This document shows positions 56,870 to 64,000 of a stretch of DNA of 64,000 nt, in pieces (position 1 is the first letter of the stretch; each line of letters starts with the position of its first letter). Both the position numbers and the translations under genes were made by a program. A model generated the notes under the pieces. That model saw only the letters and a list, made by a program, of their open reading frames with translations. It was not told the origin of the DNA and did not search any database. Where the stretch lies: the NCBI RefSeq assembly GCF_009914755.1, contig NC_060927.1; one strand, given 5' to 3'. Origin of the DNA: the human T2T-CHM13v2.0 reference genome, Homo sapiens.

Positions 56870-57228
56870 TGATATGGTTTGGCTGTGTCCTCACCCAAAT
56901 CTCATCTTGAATTGTAGCTCCCATAATTCCCACCTGTTGTAGGAGGGACCCAGTGGGAGATAATTGAATCATGGGGGCGGTTTCCCCATACTGTTCTCGT
57001 GGTAGTGAGTAATTCTCATGAGATCTGATGATTTTGTACTGGGAAACCCCTTTTGCTTGGTTCTCATTCTCTCATCTGCCACCATGTAAGACATGCCTTT
57101 CGCCTTCTGTCATGATTGTGAGGCCTCCCCAGCCACGTGGAACTGTGAGTCCATTAAACCTCTTTTTCTTTATAAATTACCCAGTCTCGGGTATGTCTTT
57201 ATCAGCACTGTGAAAATGGACTAATACA
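56870..57228 (+). mobile_element. THE1 (THE1B/C) solo LTR
   Basis: tgatatggtttggctgtgtc...ggactaataca with 5-bp TSD actgg on both sides. Confidence 0.93.
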
Positions 57229-57239
57229 ACTGGTTTATT

Positions 57240-57921
<682 letters not shown>

Positions 57922-58086
57922 TCAGTGGTGTGCTGGTAAATTGGCACTGTAAGAAAAAAAAGTCTTGATTGGTAGAGTTGGCCAGTTTCATATTGTAAAT
58001 ACATTGCCCCTGGCCAATTTCAGGCACCCATATAAGGTCACTGAAGGAGGAGTTGGAAAGAGATGTGCATCGTCAGCATGGAGTCC

Positions 58087-58426
58087 TGATAAGTAAGCAA
58101 CAATGAGGAAGGGACCTTAGGTAGGGGAGAACCCCAGGTGGGGAAGAACAATGAACAGTTGTTCTGAGAGATGGCTAATCACAAATAACCTGTGGGCACA
58201 ATGACTTGTCCTGTCCGCAAGTGGCCCCAAGAGCAGAACCTTATAAAACTTCCCTCCAGCCCCTGCCTCATTGTAGACAGCCCATTTCCTGCTGTGCTGC
58301 CTGTTGCAACTTTGCAACATATTTTTATACTTTCTGTAATAAATCTGTCTTTCTTTACCTACAGCTGTCTTGGTAAATTCCTTTACCACCTGCACCACCA
58401 GCCCCAGATAGTTGCTACCTGTGATA
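58087..58426 (+). mobile_element. LTR47-like solo LTR inside a MER63-like hAT relic (~57923-58460)
   Basis: Starts tgataagtaagcaacaatgaggaaggg and has an internal AATAAA. The flank begins cagtggtgtgctgg. Confidence 0.6.
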
Positions 58427-59132
58427 ATCAGCTTTCCTGAGTCAGTGTGTGCTGGCACCACAATAAACTCTTTAAAATCAAGGACTATGTCTTGTCCATT
58501 GCTGTATCCTCAAGACCTAGCACATTGCCTGGCACATAGTAAATACTCTATAAATGTTTGTTGAATGGACGAATAATTCTCCAATTCCATCTCTGATTAC
58601 TGTTGCAGGCATTCAGTCTTATTTTAGAGATGAGAACAATGGGGCTCAGAGTGTGAGGAACTCTCCCTTGGGCACACATTTATTAAGTGGTAGAGCCAAA
58701 CATTTAATACAGCCAGTTTGTGCCAGCTTTACTGCTAAGTGGGTCAGAGAAACCTAAAATGGGAGAAATTGGAGCTAGAGAAACAAGTTGTCCATATACA
58801 GTTCCATAGTTCATAGCAACAAATAATTTATTGCAGGCTTAAGCATATGCAAGGTAGTATCTTAGTCTCAGGGAGACAAAGATTGATTGGATTTTTAAAT
58901 CATCCTTCAAGGATCTCACTGATTAAATGGGATAAGCACGTAATATCAAATGTACAATACTAAAGCAGTATGAGCCAAATGCCAATGGATTCTGAGAGCA
59001 GTGTCACATTTTGTTGGGGGAAAGGGAATAGGGTCAGAAAGGGGTTTATAAAAATAAGCCATTTGAGTTGGGCTAATAAGAATATATAGGGTCAGGTTGT
59101 GAATGGAAAGGTAAGGTATTTCAGGCAAACGC

Positions 59133-59547
59133 TGATGAGGATTTTTTGCTCCTTAGTTCAGCTAAAATCTGGTTTCTGGTCTCACGACTGGGAAAAATTA
59201 GGCACATGGACACATTGAAAGGTGAGGAGAGTGGAATTTATTGATAAGAAGCTCAGAGAAAAAAAAGAGGGTCTTGCCAACAGGCTCCCACCTCACAGAT
59301 TGAATACCAGGCCACCACACACCAGCTGAAGAGGCCAGGCTTCTCCCCACCGCATAAGGTGTGAATTCCCGGTGGCTACACCCCAGTCTCCCAGTGCACA
59401 GGTGGGCCCTTAGTCTGAGCCACTCCACATTGATTTATTTCCCTTACTGCACATGTGTTAAGGGACAGAATTCTTCGCCGTGGGCATGTTAGGCAAGCCC
59501 CCTGTGCACAATGACCTGAGCAGCATTTGGCTGTCTCATTTCTATCA
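59133..59547 (-). mobile_element. ERV1 solo LTR (LTR19-like)
   Basis: TG...CA ends, near-TSD acgc/actc, and AATAAA on the - strand. Confidence 0.65.
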
Positions 59548-59743
59548 ACTCTGTGGAGAAAGGCATCTAAAGAGGTGGTGAGATGTGCTTGAAGAAGAAA
59601 GTCCAGTTCATCTGATATGTCAATGCAGGTACAACTCAGGCAGGCCTGAAGACTATAACTCTAATGAACATGCTATCCAGGAAACTAACCTTCAATCCAC
59701 ATGCACACCAAACCCTCAAGAAAATTAGAGTTGTTAGTAGTTA

Positions 59744-60725
59744 CAGTAGTCCTGCCTTGTCTGCAGGGGATACATCCCAAGATCCCCAGTGGATGCCTAA
59801 AACCATGAATAGTACTGAATTCTATATATACTATATTTTTTTCTGTACATATACATATATATCTATGATAAAGTTTAACTTATAAATTAGGCACAGTAAG
59901 AGATCCACAACAATAATTCATAATAAAAGAGAACAATTATAACAATAAGTTGTAATACAAGCTATGTGAATGTGGTCTCGTTCTAAAACTATTTTATTGT
60001 ACTGTACTCACCCTTCTTATTGTGATCTGTCAATGTGATAACTGTCATGGCTACCAAGTGACTAATGGTCAGGTAGTATATACAGCGTGGATATGCTAGA
60101 CAAAGGGATAATTCATGTCCTGGGTGGTGTGAAAGGAAAATAACAACTTGGGACCCCAATTCACTATGCTGAAAGGAAAAAGTCAAGCTAAAAGCTGAGT
60201 CATGCAAGAAGTTGCCTTTCCTTTTGTTCCTAAGCAGATAGTTACAGATAAAAGGTAAAAAATCTCCACAGGTAGCTACTCTATGTTCACCTTATCTTAT
60301 GTAACCTGCAGATTTACTTAGCATGAGATGAATACATAATTAAATATTCCCCTACCTGCTCCTTTTCTCTTACATGTGGATTCAGTAATGACCATAACCT
60401 CTGTCTTTCCCCTGCAGCCTGCTTTTCCCTTTTAAATATTGAAGACTTCAACATCATCTTTGGAAAAAGACACATACCTGTCTCCTGGGTTATGTCCTTA
60501 ACCTTGGCAAAATAAACTTCAAAATTGATTAAGTCCTTTCTCAGATACTTTTGGTGTACAGTGGGATGGAGCAGAGTGGTGTGAAATTTTATAACACTAC
60601 TCAGAACAGCGTGCAACTTAAAACATGAATTATTTTTGGAATTTTCCATTTAATATTTTCAGGCCATGGCTGATTGTGGGTAACTGAAACCACAGAAAGT
60701 GAAATTGCAGGTACGAGGGGACCAA
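59744..60725 (-). mobile_element. MER44/Tigger7 element interrupted by a MER4C-like LTR (+, 60128-60560)
   Basis: cagtagtcc terminus. The LTR tgtgaaaggaaaat...tggtgtaca has TSD gtgg at 60124-60127 and 60561-60564. Confidence 0.8.
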
Positions 60726-61109
60726 TGCATTTGCAAGTGTAAATGATGTGATCTTAATGCCATAGTTTCTAGAGTAGCTTGGAGAGTCTAAGTCCCCCCA
60801 CCCCCTGCAACCCAAGGCAAGGAGAACTTTGTAAAATACTTGGTTGAACTTCCACTGCATTCCACTGCAATCAAGCAGTATCTTTAGCAATCATGCACCT
60901 TCATGGGGAATTTGAGGGCCAGGAAAGCATGACTTTCCATGAAGAGATTGGATTAGTATCCTTTGTCCATGTGTGATGTTACCTTCCTGTCGATCGCTAT
61001 CATCCTTGTGACAGTTGTGCAGTAGGATCTGGCAAACAGTTGGAAAGATGGCTTGGTGCCTATTCTGGGGTGTCTTGAATTCACCTGAGGCATGGATCTC
61101 ATTTGACAG

Positions 61110-64000
<2,891 letters not shown>

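Overview
This is human (or very close hominid) genomic DNA, recognisable as the 3p22 ACKR2-CYP8B1 locus. Roughly the first 38 kb is transposon-rich intronic sequence upstream of the single coding exon of ACKR2 (+ strand, 38076-39230, 384 aa). CYP8B1 is intronless and convergent (- strand, 47888-49393, 501 aa), with a TATA box and an HNF4/LRH-1 element. Beyond it lie a full-length Tigger1, an orphan CpG-island promoter with a first-exon-like splice donor (~54.3-55.0 kb), a nest of LTR and DNA-transposon relics, and a disabled HNRNPA1 processed pseudogene running off the right edge. Nearly all other ORFs in the track are Alu/L1 or antisense shadow ORFs. I found no convincing new multi-gene system. 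The most unusual items are a 114-bp inverted templated copy of CpG-island sequence inside a MER21-type LTR, the orphan promoter itself, the probable ACKR2 poly(A) signal inside an antisense ERV1 solo LTR, a non-repeat hairpin and a 118-bp tandem triplication. Repeat family names come from recall of consensus sequences and need RepeatMasker confirmation.
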